Below, in pieces: positions 35,491-45,726 of a DNA stretch of 64,000 nt (position 1 is the stretch's first letter; every line of letters starts with the position of its first letter). A model generated the notes under the pieces. The model did no database searches, was not told the DNA's origin, and saw only the letters and a list, made by a program, of their open reading frames with translations. Where the stretch lies: the IMG/VR virus record IMGVR_UViG_3300036770_007283; one strand, given 5' to 3'. Both the position numbers and the translations under genes were made by a program. Source of the DNA: a virus. Lineage: Duplodnaviria; Caudoviricetes.

Positions 35491-36361
35491 AACTAATACC
35501 TAAAAATGGTTGAAATCCTTTTGATCTAGTCTTCCAAGACCACTCTTTATATATATGTTCTTTAATAATTTTTCCATACTTAGATATCAAGGCAGGATTA
35601 TTTTTATGAAATTGAATGGACTTTTTAAGTTCTTCCTTTTTAGATGCAGATGTAATTGCTCCACATTTTTTAATCTGAATTACATTCCCTACGTTGGTAG
35701 ATATAATAGACCTTCCACAAGCACCTGCTTCCAAAATAGGGTTAGGCGTACCCTCTGATTCGCTAAAACAAATTAAGGTACCAATAGAATTATAAAAGTC
35801 TAACATCTGCTTAGCGTTTAAATTATCAGACTGAAAAGCAGTTTTAAGTTGATAATCTGGACCTAAGGTTTTGAAGATATCATTTATTATATCGAATCTT
35901 TTCACTGCCCTCTTGTGATTGCCTACCCAACCAAAAACACTGCTATATTTAGAAGGTTCCGTTGTACTGTAAAAATTTTCTGTGTTGACACCGAAAGGAG
36001 TATTGTAAACCTTCTTAGGATAAGCAGGCCTAAACTCACTAAACAACAAATTACTAGAGGTACTAATAGCATCGTAATTATTTAAAACACTAGATATGCT
36101 TAGCGGTCCATTACGACCAACATGGCTAGATATTGTTGTTACCAAACGATAGTTACGCCTAGCAGATATTTTTTCACGAATATAAGTATGGATAGGCCAA
36201 TTCAAAGAATAAACTAGATCAAAATTATTAAAGTTTAAATCATTAACATCTCTAAAGTGCTTTATCAAAATATCATGTTTTGAGAAGTATTGTTTAAGAT
36301 TAGCTGCCCTATTAGCCAACGCCCAGGTATAACTATCCACAATAAACAATGCTCTAGCCAT
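35483..36361 (-). CDS. GT4-like glycosyltransferase (paralog group A)
   Basis: VDSYTWALA, FGWVGN, SESEGTPNPILEAGACG. The start at 36361 overlaps the upstream stop (TAATG). Confidence 0.88.
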   Translation of the reverse strand: MARALFIVDSYTWALANRAANLKQYFSKHDILIKHFRDVNDLNFNNFDLVYSLNWPIHTYIREKISARRNYRLVTTISSHVGRNGPLSISSVLNNYDAISTSSNLLFSEFRPAYPKKVYNTPFGVNTENFYSTTEPSKYSSVFGWVGNHKRAVKRFDIINDIFKTLGPDYQLKTAFQSDNLNAKQMLDFYNSIGTLICFSESEGTPNPILEAGACGRSIISTNVGNVIQIKKCGAITSASKKEELKKSIQFHKNNPALISKYGKIIKEHIYKEWSWKTRSKGFQPFLGISYG

Positions 36362-37278
36362 TAAATCATTCCAAAGATCTGATTCCATTTTAAAAGATAA
36401 TCTTTTATATGAAATTTTTCAATAGCAATTTGACGTGATGATAAGCTGTAATCTTTTTGCATATTTTCATTATTAATCAGCATTTTTAACCCAGTCAACA
36501 GCTCATCTTTATTATTTGATAGAATGGCAGTCTTACCATTTTTAAAGTACAAGTCTATATCAAAATTATTAGTTGATACCAATGGCATTCCGCACATCAC
36601 TGCTTCGGCACGACTTCTAGGCATTGCAGATGATTGTGTTGGGTTAAAATAAACATTGTATTTATTATATATTCTTACAAGAGCTTCCAAACTTTCTGCC
36701 ACATTATCATTTCTGTTGATGTCCGTATTTCCATGGCCCACCAAATCTATAAGCCCTAATTCATCGCTGATGCCTTTCCATAAATTATATCCCATAATTT
36801 GGGAACGCTTCTTGAAAACATTGGCAACAGTTAGGATACGATTATTTTTTTCTAAGTCTATCTTTTTAAATTCTTCAGGATCAAAACCATGAACAATATG
36901 ATAGTGATTCATTTTAGGATAGCGATGCCTGTTAGAATTTAAAACCGACAAGCAGTTCCAAACTACATGCCTACATTCTCTTGGAAATGGAAATGCATTA
37001 GTGGTTTGTACTACTGCAATAGGTTTCGCACCACGCCTAATAACATTTGTATATTTTATAGGTAGAATCGGGGAACGAATTATCACCGCATCAAAATTAA
37101 TCTTGCTAATTTCTTTTTCATAAATTAAATTAACATTACTATTTAATGGCCTGTGCATCCCATTCCAGTTTGGCTTACCACCATCAATACCCACTAGATA
37201 AAAATCATGACCAGTTTTAAAAAACTCATATTGATGACCTTGGTGACAATACCAGTCTAAAATCTTTAGTTTTTTCAT
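36361..37278 (-). CDS. GT4-like glycosyltransferase
   Basis: VHGFDP, YFNPTQSSAMPRSRAEAVMCGMPLVST. Confidence 0.85.
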   Translation of the reverse strand: MKKLKILDWYCHQGHQYEFFKTGHDFYLVGIDGGKPNWNGMHRPLNSNVNLIYEKEISKINFDAVIIRSPILPIKYTNVIRRGAKPIAVVQTTNAFPFPRECRHVVWNCLSVLNSNRHRYPKMNHYHIVHGFDPEEFKKIDLEKNNRILTVANVFKKRSQIMGYNLWKGISDELGLIDLVGHGNTDINRNDNVAESLEALVRIYNKYNVYFNPTQSSAMPRSRAEAVMCGMPLVSTNNFDIDLYFKNGKTAILSNNKDELLTGLKMLINNENMQKDYSLSSRQIAIEKFHIKDYLLKWNQIFGMI

Positions 37279-38366
37279 TTGAAATCCGAAAGCTCTCTAG
37301 AGATAATTTTAGATACAGATTCAATATCAAAGCTTTTTCCAATCTCCCTAGCTTTTTCAGCTTTATGTCCATACTTATCATGATTCTCGTAAACATCTCT
37401 AAATAACTTCATAAGATGGTTAACATCTGGATAGGCCCAATTTTGATAAGAACCATAAAGCTGGCACCAATCCATATCCACCACTGGCCCAAGAGAATGA
37501 TTTATAATGTGTGCAGACTGATCAGATAGCCATTCTGTAACACCACCATACCTTGTAACAATTATTTGCTTCTTGCTTAGCATTGCATCATGAATTGGCA
37601 TTCCCCAACCTTCACCATGATGTGAGCTAACAAAGCAGTCACCTATATTATGGAGGGCTCTAATTTCTTCTGTTTTTATAATATCTCTCATCAAATAAAT
37701 TGGAGGATAATATTTTTGATTAAGCTTTCTTTTTATCTCTAAAATATCTTGCTTAATTCCCTCATAATTGGAGCCTTTTATATTAAGTGGGTTTACTTTT
37801 AAAAGTAGAATAACCTTGTCACCCTCTTTGAAGGTCTTGTAATAAGCATTGAGTAAGGTTTTGTATCCCTTTCTATTCTGCCACTGAAAAATAGAATAAA
37901 ATTTATAAACATCATTACTAACGGTATATCCGTCTGATAAGTTTGATGGGATTACAGCTCTTTTTTCTGTATAGAAATCTTCTGATGGCGTTGGAACGAC
38001 TTTTATTTTTCCCCTAAAGCCAGCACGTTGGCAAGCCTCTTTGGTTAGATTACATGGTGCCCAAATTTCATTTAAATAACCTAAACTGCTAGCCCAAAAC
38101 CTTGGTAATCTATCTGCTTCCCAATAAAAATAACCAATTTTATAACTTTTGGACTTGTGACGATTGTAAGGTGGGCAGTGTAAGTAAAAATCTACATTTG
38201 TTATAGAGTCATAGTTATTTAAAGAATCTAATAACCCAGAGGTTCCACTTCCATTTAAAACAAACTTAGTTCTAATTCCTGACATAGAAAATGCTTTAGT
38301 AAAATTAATTACTGCATTTCCATATCCAGTATGTGTATTGGCAGGACCAAAAAACCTAACTGGCAT
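37275..38366 (-). CDS. GT4-like glycosyltransferase (paralog group B)
   Basis: TGYGNA, YFYWE, NRKGYKTLLNAYY, SHHGEGWGMPIHDAM. Confidence 0.9.
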   Translation of the reverse strand: MPVRFFGPANTHTGYGNAVINFTKAFSMSGIRTKFVLNGSGTSGLLDSLNNYDSITNVDFYLHCPPYNRHKSKSYKIGYFYWEADRLPRFWASSLGYLNEIWAPCNLTKEACQRAGFRGKIKVVPTPSEDFYTEKRAVIPSNLSDGYTVSNDVYKFYSIFQWQNRKGYKTLLNAYYKTFKEGDKVILLLKVNPLNIKGSNYEGIKQDILEIKRKLNQKYYPPIYLMRDIIKTEEIRALHNIGDCFVSSHHGEGWGMPIHDAMLSKKQIIVTRYGGVTEWLSDQSAHIINHSLGPVVDMDWCQLYGSYQNWAYPDVNHLMKLFRDVYENHDKYGHKAEKAREIGKSFDIESVSKIISRELSDFK

Positions 38367-39974
38367 TTAGATATACTCACCCTTTAAAACAACAACATTT
38401 CTTTCCGCCTCTTGTTTTTTAAAGAAGCTCTGTACTTCAAAAACTGTATTAACAAATTTTTGGCTATTAACAACAGCATTATGATTATCACTTACAAATT
38501 GCATTGCTGCGCCAATCACTTCTAAATTACCTATATTTTCTTTGATAACATTAGATGCTGCTTCTACATCTGAATCAATCTTAAAACCAGTAACACCATC
38601 CTCTATTAGGGATGGAATCGATCCGACCATATTAGAAAAGACTGGGACACCGGAAGACATTGCTTCTATAATTGAAATGGGTGTCCCCTCCATATTGGAA
38701 GCCAAGACAAATCCATCAAAAATATTATAATATTCCTCTGGATTATTTACATGTCCTGCAAAAATAACATTTTTAATATTGTCGTTATTAACTGCCGAAA
38801 TTAAATTATGTTTTTCTGGCCCATCACCCACTATGACAAAATAGCAGTCCTTCATTACTTTGGCTAAAGATATAATATAGTTAAGGTTCTTTTCTTTGGA
38901 TAATCTGGCTACAGTTCCTAGCACTGTAGCATACTTTGGGATACCCAATTTTTCTCTAAGCTGAAAATTTTCCTTAGGCATAAATCTATCTAGATCTATA
39001 CCAACCGGAACTACTTCCCTTAGAAAAGTGCCAGAAATATCGTGGCCTAATAATTTAGAGACAAAGATTACTTTATCTATGTTTTTTCTTTCCTTCTTTA
39101 AGGATAGAGCGCCAGGCCAAGTAAAATCACTATGATAGATTTCTATCAGCGAGCTAGCCATCTCATTATCTTCTTTCATCTTAACTAAGGTTTCATAAAT
39201 ATCTAGTCTGTTATAGTAAACTATAAAATCATAATAATTACTTCTAAGTACACCAGGTAATTGGTCCAGACTTTTTACAACTTTATGTACAACGCTGGGC
39301 CTGGTTATTTTTTTCTGTAATATATTTTCATTTAAATAAAGAATTGTGATTTGATATTGTTCTGGAATTCTATTGATAATACTCTCTAAATAGACTTCTG
39401 CACCGCCATAAATATGATAGGGAATAATAAATGCAATCTTGTTAAACATCCCATTTTCAGGGGTAGGGATAAAAATCTTTTTTATATCCTTGTAGTTTAC
39501 TCTGACTGGTTTAAACACTTTTTCAAGGCCTATACTTCTTACTTCTATATTCTTTTCTGTTGGATGTGCAGCTTTAATTATTCCTGTATCTAAGGTTTTT
39601 TCTTGCTGTTCTACATCCACAATTATCCTGCTTAATTCTAGACTCCCGTAAACATTGTTTTCTCTAGATATCTTAATGCTAGACAATCCAAAATTAAAAT
39701 TAGATTCGTAAGTGTAAGTTTTTTCGGTTAAGGAATTCCCTTCAAATTGAATTAACTCTTTGAATAAGGATTCTCCTTTTCCTCCGATGATTTCTAAAAA
39801 CATTTTCCCATCGCCAGTTCTTTTTTTGCCAATTATTTTAATATTATGCTTACCCTGCCTAATATTAATTGGCTGCATAAAGTTGGCTGATTTAAGAACT
39901 AGGATTGAATCACTTTTGATATCTAAACCTCTACCTGACCAGCTTTTATTTTTAATAGTATCAAAAATTCTCAT
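38367..39974 (-). CDS. GT4 glycosyltransferase with N-terminal beta-sandwich (CBM-like) domain
   Basis: GGAEVY, GTVARLSKEKN, VGDG, SNMEGTPISIIEAMSSGVPV; ~120-aa beta-rich N-terminus. Confidence 0.9.
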   Translation of the reverse strand: MRIFDTIKNKSWSGRGLDIKSDSILVLKSANFMQPINIRQGKHNIKIIGKKRTGDGKMFLEIIGGKGESLFKELIQFEGNSLTEKTYTYESNFNFGLSSIKISRENNVYGSLELSRIIVDVEQQEKTLDTGIIKAAHPTEKNIEVRSIGLEKVFKPVRVNYKDIKKIFIPTPENGMFNKIAFIIPYHIYGGAEVYLESIINRIPEQYQITILYLNENILQKKITRPSVVHKVVKSLDQLPGVLRSNYYDFIVYYNRLDIYETLVKMKEDNEMASSLIEIYHSDFTWPGALSLKKERKNIDKVIFVSKLLGHDISGTFLREVVPVGIDLDRFMPKENFQLREKLGIPKYATVLGTVARLSKEKNLNYIISLAKVMKDCYFVIVGDGPEKHNLISAVNNDNIKNVIFAGHVNNPEEYYNIFDGFVLASNMEGTPISIIEAMSSGVPVFSNMVGSIPSLIEDGVTGFKIDSDVEAASNVIKENIGNLEVIGAAMQFVSDNHNAVVNSQKFVNTVFEVQSFFKKQEAERNVVVLKGEYI

Positions 39975-39982
39975 CTTTAAAC

Positions 39983-41089
39983 CTATTTGTAAAGATCTGT
40001 AATTTTAGTGGCTGCACTTTCCCAAGTGAATTTTTGACAAGTATTTTTGGCTTCTTCTGCAAACTTTTGCTTAAGCAAAAGACTATTTCTATAAGCCATC
40101 AACATAGACTCAATAATCAACTCTTTCTTGGGGATAAATGTTTTTGCACCAGGAGACGCAATCCAATATTGGTATTTGGAACCAGCATCAATAGACTCTA
40201 CATCCATTAGTAATGAATTTTGATTATTTAAAAAGTCTAACTGCCCAGAGCATCTTGGCGCTATGACTAAATTACCTGCAGCCAACCCCTCTAATAGAGG
40301 CAATCCAAACCCTTCAGATGATGACGTGCTAATTAATGCATCGCAGGCCTTATAAAGTGGAATCATACTGGGAAGGTTTTGCTGTATGATTTCAATTCTA
40401 GGTAAACCTCCTGGACGGTCTTTATGCTTAGCTTGCAGAAGCTTTATAGCATTTCTAACGTCTATTTCAAAGTTATATGGCTTTCTATCCTTTGGCATAT
40501 CTAAGCTTGTTTTTAATACCAGGCATACATCATCCTTATCAGAGAAGGTGGTGTAGTATGCATCAATTAAAAGGTCTATATTTTTTCTGTAATGTGGGAT
40601 AGATATATTTAAAAACTTGAATTTTCTATCAGTTTTAAGCTTAAAGGTTTCTTCCGTAGAAAAATCATCTAAGTTGATGCCGTGAGGAACTACCACACAT
40701 TTAGATTCTGGCCACCCAGAGTTAACAAAAACCTCTTTTGAGAAATTGCTAGATGGCAAAACAAAATCAACATGCTTAATTGAATCTAACCACATCTTTG
40801 GCATGATTTCTGTTTCGTAATTATAAATTGCCATTTTTAGTTTAGATTTCTTTTTAAATCTAGAATAAAAATTTCTAGGCAACGTGTAGCAAATATCAAT
40901 ATCTGGAATTGCAATATCTCGATCAATCCTGGAAAGTAAATCTGGTGGGATAAAGTCTTTGCCATTGATACTTTTCAAGTATAGCTTATGGCCCTTGCTT
41001 TTAAATTGTAATAGTAAATTTCTCATAGTAATGGCCCAACTGTGATGGGTTCCCAACATAGATTCGCTTCTAATATTTAATGTAGACAA
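39983..41089 (-). CDS. GT4-like glycosyltransferase (paralog group B)
   Basis: IYNYE, VPHGI, YRKNIDLLIDAYY, SSSEGFGLPLLEGLAAG; TTG start. Confidence 0.9.
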   Translation of the reverse strand: MSTLNIRSESMLGTHHSWAITMRNLLLQFKSKGHKLYLKSINGKDFIPPDLLSRIDRDIAIPDIDICYTLPRNFYSRFKKKSKLKMAIYNYETEIMPKMWLDSIKHVDFVLPSSNFSKEVFVNSGWPESKCVVVPHGINLDDFSTEETFKLKTDRKFKFLNISIPHYRKNIDLLIDAYYTTFSDKDDVCLVLKTSLDMPKDRKPYNFEIDVRNAIKLLQAKHKDRPGGLPRIEIIQQNLPSMIPLYKACDALISTSSSEGFGLPLLEGLAAGNLVIAPRCSGQLDFLNNQNSLLMDVESIDAGSKYQYWIASPGAKTFIPKKELIIESMLMAYRNSLLLKQKFAEEAKNTCQKFTWESAATKITDLYK

Positions 41090-41104
41090 AGTACACCACC
41101 CGCG

Positions 41105-41132
41105 ATTATATTACGTGCTATATATTTAACAA
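41105..41132 (-). promoter_or_regulatory. Candidate sigma70-like promoter at the head of the glycosylation island
   Basis: TTGTTA-16 nt-TATAAT, ~15 nt upstream of the first GT start. Confidence 0.45.
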
Positions 41133-41154
41133 TCTATCTAGTTTATTATTTATT

Positions 41155-44100
41155 TTATAAAGTACATGGGAAAGGGCCTTCTACGAAGACTCCTACTTCC
41201 GTGCTTCCGGTGATGAAATAACATTGATCATCTATAACAACTGGTGATTCAAAACAGGAGCCAATTCCAATTCGGCTTAAATCATCAACGCTTAATTCGA
41301 TATCCTTATTCTTAAATCCTGCTTTCTTAAGGTAAACACCAAAATTTAAAACAGTCCTATTGGTCTTGGTCATAGCATCGAATAGAATATTCCTTGTGTT
41401 AAAAGTAGCAATACCAGTATTTGGATTCAAATCTATGCCAACCTTAAAGATCATTCCGGTGCTATCATCTAGATATTCCACTACAAGTTTTATATTGGAA
41501 GATATTGTGAAAGAAGTTGTAGTGTCTGCATCTGGCTCAATTACAAGACCCTTTATAAATCCAGGAAGATGACCTAGCTTTATTTGCAAAGAAGTATATA
41601 AAGATGTAATATCTATACTGATTTCGCTACCAGAGACTATAGACCCAGGGCTAAAGCTTTTCATTAATGAAAGATCTTGTTCTAGTGGTATATTAGACCA
41701 CTTTCCAATATTATCTGCATTTAAAAGCACCAAAGGTATTATATTAAAGAAGTCTGTTAAAAAGTCGGTGGTTTCTGATGTAAATACCAAAGTGGCAGAC
41801 ACTATATTTGTTTTTCTTGGCAGACTAAATGGCAAAGTAATTATTGCTCTATCAACTACACTTGTTAAAGAATCTCTACCTAATGTTAATGAACTTGGTG
41901 AGCTGTCTGTTGTGTAACTTGAATTGAAAATTACTTCACTCAATCTAACAAAGAAAGATAGGCCTGCTGTAGGTGCGTTCTCTTGATTAATTTCAAAGCT
42001 CATCGTAGCTGGGCCTGTTCCAGGGTGCATCTCTGGGTTGGTTCCTATTTTAATATACTGCCCGAATGAATCGACAGTAGATTCGAACAACTTATCTGGA
42101 ATTACATAGTAAGCTGATATAACATCATTTATTCTTCTAAACCTAAAGAGTACATCATCACCTACAACATCTGGTGCATCTACCTCAAAGTTAAAAGTGC
42201 TAATTATAGTGTTTAAATTATTTTTAATAACACCACCATAGAAAAGCTTGGTTGTATAGCCTGCTATAATTTTCCATCCTAAATTAAGGGTTGCGGTTGT
42301 GTTTGCATTAACAACTTCCAAGGTTGCAAAAGAATAAACCGCACCATTTATTAAGGAACTAGAAGGCCAAGTGGTTCTTGTTGCCTTAAAGTCAACAACG
42401 AAATCACCAGTAAAATTTTGAACAGAAGCTGGTGAATTTAAACGCCCAAACCTTTTTCCTGTGTTAGAAGATGTAGTTAGTTCAAAAATCGCTGGTGTAT
42501 TTATTATAGCAGGATTGCTGATACTCACAATAGGATCATTTAAACCATCCAAGGTCCAATTATTAAAAGCATTGTAAGAAGCATCTATAAAGTTTTCTGT
42601 AATGACCTCTATTGCACTTGATGTATCAGTGGCTTGACTTAAATCCGTATACCCATCAATATATCCATCAACCAACGCATCGACGCAAATAGAAGCCACT
42701 GCTGTAGAAAACTTAACTCTTCCCTTTGTAATGTCCGTATTAGACCCAATATCTTCACAGCCAACCAAAGTTCCATCTGAATATCTCATAGCAGGAAAAC
42801 CGGCTGCAGTTAGGCAACTACCATCTTTTGACTTAAGGAAGCTGGAATATAAATCTACAGAACAGTTAGTAATGCTTCCTGGTGGAAGTGGTATTTTAAT
42901 ATTGGTATATTCAAAATCGCCATGATGTGGAACACCTGGGGCAGACAAGATATTTCCATCTGGAATGTATAGATCACCAGGTATGTAAGTTTGGTTTTTA
43001 TATATTGGACTTGCTTCATTGGTTGGGAGACAATCCGTCTCTACGCACTGGCAACTACCGTCTTTTTCTTCGATAAAAGAAGAACCCACGAATCTTCTTA
43101 AATCATAAATCTCAACAAAAGAAGATTGATAAGGTGCATCTATAAAGTCAATTTCAAACTCGAAAGATGAAAATGGTATAGATAGAAGCTTAGGATTATC
43201 TGCAAATAAATTAACTTCAGAACGACTAGTAATTTCAAAATTAAGACCAGTGCTACCATTAAAAGTAGTTTCTTCACCAAATAAATCTGTTACGCTTAAA
43301 GTAACTGTATAACCATCGGGTGCTATTTCTTTGCTAGCAATTAGGTATTGACTTCCAGCCCCTGGATCATCTAAAGTTAAAACATCACCAACGCTTATGG
43401 CTAAGGCAATCTCTTTGCTTGGTGAAGTGAAAGTTGCTGTGGAAGCGCCGACAGCTGTAGAACCTGTAAATAGATCATCCAAGAAAACTCTTGGGTAGTT
43501 ATTTTCTTCCAAGATGTTTTCTAGATATAAGGTTAAGGTTTTGAATTCTTCTGGAATAGAGAAATTTATGTAACCATCTATGGCATTTTCCAAAATCTCT
43601 ATATCAGTTCCATCCACACTTCCATCTAGATTTAGATCCGCCTTAATAAAATCAACAACGTCTATCTCACGATTTAAAATTTTTCTTTCTGTTTCTTCAG
43701 AATTTATGGTGTTGCCAACTAGATTTAGCATCTCGCCTAGATCTGTAGTTGTTAGCTCCTTATCATCATTTAGATCACCTGCTTTAACAACCTTACATTC
43801 TACCTTTACGATTCTATATCTATAATTACAATTACAGTTTATATCTGGTGTAACTACTCTGTTTATTAGATTTGAATTTAATAAATCCTGGCTTGGATTT
43901 ACAATAGTAATTGTATTTAGTCCAATCAACCCTGGCTTGTCAAGTAAGCCGCTGATTCTGTAGGCACTCCTTACGTTATTATCATTGATTTTTGCCAAAA
44001 GTAAAGGAATACTTTCTGATGTAATTTTTTGAAGTTCTTCACTATTAACAACAGAAAAGGATGGTGCATCTAGAACTCTGGTAAATACAAAGTTATTAGT

Positions 44101-45690
44101 TCTTGGATGAACATTGGGGTCGGAAAAGGCTTCTTGTTGTGAAAGTACTAGGTAATTATCACTACCTTCTGCTACAGTTCTTAAATTTAAATATCTTTCA
44201 AAATAAGAAATTTGTGTGCTTCCAACGAAATCTGTTGTTTTTGGAACGGTGACTGCAATACCGCTATCTGTATAAGCGGTTCCATCTGTAACTTCAATTG
44301 CGTCAGTATGAATTACATACCATAGTGAAGAATTTGAATCATTTATAAATCTTTTAGTGATGGGGTCATATTCTATATACTTAGATTGTTGCTTTCCAAA
44401 TCTTTCTAATACAGTAAGTGGTACGCCTAAATCAGACTTTTTATAAACCTTATCAAATCCTTTTTCTACGATAACCGTACCGACCTGGTTATTACCCCTT
44501 CTTGATATCAATATCGCATAGTATTTATCTTTCTTGATGCTTGGATCAATATTGGGGTCTGCAATTAAAGTTCCTGCAAAGTTAAAACTTACAACCTGTG
44601 GTGTATCATTTAGTTTATAGCCTAAGGTTTCTAAGTCTTCTTGGCTAAAAGAAACCTCTGCTAATGGTGTAACTTCTGGATCAAAGTCTATAAGATCATC
44701 TGGTACTGCATCTGAGCTGCAAACTACGCTTGTAACTAACTCATGAATGCTTACTACTAAGTCGCCAGAGAAGTCAAATTTATTTTCCAGCGGAAGCGTG
44801 GTATCGCCCTCTACTGAAAGTAATAAATCTACTCTTTGTATGTTGTTAACTTTAGATAAAAACTTTTGACCATAAGAAATGGATACTAAGCCAGACTTTT
44901 CAAACTTAAGTTTTTCGCTACCTTCCAATTCAATATAAAGATCATTAATATTGTTATTTGGACCCAAAGCTATTTCAATTTCTTCTTCCATAGATTTTCC
45001 AACGGAGGAAGAAATATAATTGTTGATATCAAAGTTTGGTGATTCAATTTGGTAGCTTGCCTTTTCTGATGGATATGCAGATAGTGGTGGTGCCACTCTA
45101 ACAATCATATACCCATTATTTTTAGAAATAAGGTTAAGGCTTTCTACTTCTGGGTCTTCATAAGTTTTACCTATGCCACCAGAAAAATTGTTAAAGAATA
45201 CGGCTATAATTGATGTGTAGAATTTTTTAGTTACAAGCTTAGTATTTTTATAAAATTCTAAAAATTCTGCAACTAACTCACCTTGTGAGTTTTCGCCATC
45301 AAAAGCTCGTCCCAGGATTAAAATCTTGGTTCTTTTCTTTCCCATCACTTCTGTATTAACTAATTCAAATTCTACCCTAGAACCTTTTACTGGGTCCGTT
45401 GGCTGACGGTCTAATGTAATTCCGCGACCATCATAGGAACCAGATTCTAGATAGAATTGGGATGGGTTTTCACCTGACAAGCAGTACTTAGAAGGAAACC
45501 TTGTGTCTAGTAAGATAACTTCTTCAAATGGGGAACCCCTAACAATGCCACTTCCATGAAAATCAGATGCCAAATTAGATACAATAGCATTATTATTAAT
45601 TTGCTCTGAATCTAAATCCTGCTCTGTGATTCTATGGCCATCATAAAAATTGACTCTTTTGGTAACAAGCCTTTCCTTCTTAGACATCAA
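41155..45690 (-). CDS. Large baseplate/tail-associated structural protein (1511 aa) with a dockerin-like motif
   Basis: N-terminal RVNFYDGHRITEQDLDSEQ motif of the type seen at the start of baseplate-attached fibre proteins, paired DLNxD motifs, IVSATLVF beta-domain; position after the wedge genes. Confidence 0.65.
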   Translation of the reverse strand: MMSKKERLVTKRVNFYDGHRITEQDLDSEQINNNAIVSNLASDFHGSGIVRGSPFEEVILLDTRFPSKYCLSGENPSQFYLESGSYDGRGITLDRQPTDPVKGSRVEFELVNTEVMGKKRTKILILGRAFDGENSQGELVAEFLEFYKNTKLVTKKFYTSIIAVFFNNFSGGIGKTYEDPEVESLNLISKNNGYMIVRVAPPLSAYPSEKASYQIESPNFDINNYISSSVGKSMEEEIEIALGPNNNINDLYIELEGSEKLKFEKSGLVSISYGQKFLSKVNNIQRVDLLLSVEGDTTLPLENKFDFSGDLVVSIHELVTSVVCSSDAVPDDLIDFDPEVTPLAEVSFSQEDLETLGYKLNDTPQVVSFNFAGTLIADPNIDPSIKKDKYYAILISRRGNNQVGTVIVEKGFDKVYKKSDLGVPLTVLERFGKQQSKYIEYDPITKRFINDSNSSLWYVIHTDAIEVTDGTAYTDSGIAVTVPKTTDFVGSTQISYFERYLNLRTVAEGSDNYLVLSQQEAFSDPNVHPRTNNFVFTRVLDAPSFSVVNSEELQKITSESIPLLLAKINDNNVRSAYRISGLLDKPGLIGLNTITIVNPSQDLLNSNLINRVVTPDINCNCNYRYRIVKVECKVVKAGDLNDDKELTTTDLGEMLNLVGNTINSEETERKILNREIDVVDFIKADLNLDGSVDGTDIEILENAIDGYINFSIPEEFKTLTLYLENILEENNYPRVFLDDLFTGSTAVGASTATFTSPSKEIALAISVGDVLTLDDPGAGSQYLIASKEIAPDGYTVTLSVTDLFGEETTFNGSTGLNFEITSRSEVNLFADNPKLLSIPFSSFEFEIDFIDAPYQSSFVEIYDLRRFVGSSFIEEKDGSCQCVETDCLPTNEASPIYKNQTYIPGDLYIPDGNILSAPGVPHHGDFEYTNIKIPLPPGSITNCSVDLYSSFLKSKDGSCLTAAGFPAMRYSDGTLVGCEDIGSNTDITKGRVKFSTAVASICVDALVDGYIDGYTDLSQATDTSSAIEVITENFIDASYNAFNNWTLDGLNDPIVSISNPAIINTPAIFELTTSSNTGKRFGRLNSPASVQNFTGDFVVDFKATRTTWPSSSLINGAVYSFATLEVVNANTTATLNLGWKIIAGYTTKLFYGGVIKNNLNTIISTFNFEVDAPDVVGDDVLFRFRRINDVISAYYVIPDKLFESTVDSFGQYIKIGTNPEMHPGTGPATMSFEINQENAPTAGLSFFVRLSEVIFNSSYTTDSSPSSLTLGRDSLTSVVDRAIITLPFSLPRKTNIVSATLVFTSETTDFLTDFFNIIPLVLLNADNIGKWSNIPLEQDLSLMKSFSPGSIVSGSEISIDITSLYTSLQIKLGHLPGFIKGLVIEPDADTTTSFTISSNIKLVVEYLDDSTGMIFKVGIDLNPNTGIATFNTRNILFDAMTKTNRTVLNFGVYLKKAGFKNKDIELSVDDLSRIGIGSCFESPVVIDDQCYFITGSTEVGVFVEGPFPCTL

Positions 45691-45726
45691 AAACTCCGTA
45701 CTTTTTCCTAGAAAATTAATAGAGGT

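Noticed and set aside
22792-41089. GT island as a DNA hypermodification system
   Set aside because: No base-hydroxymethylase, TET/JBP or modified-nucleotide enzymes are seen here, and pyruvyl/methyl decoration fits surface glycans better. Not excluded without the rest of the genome.
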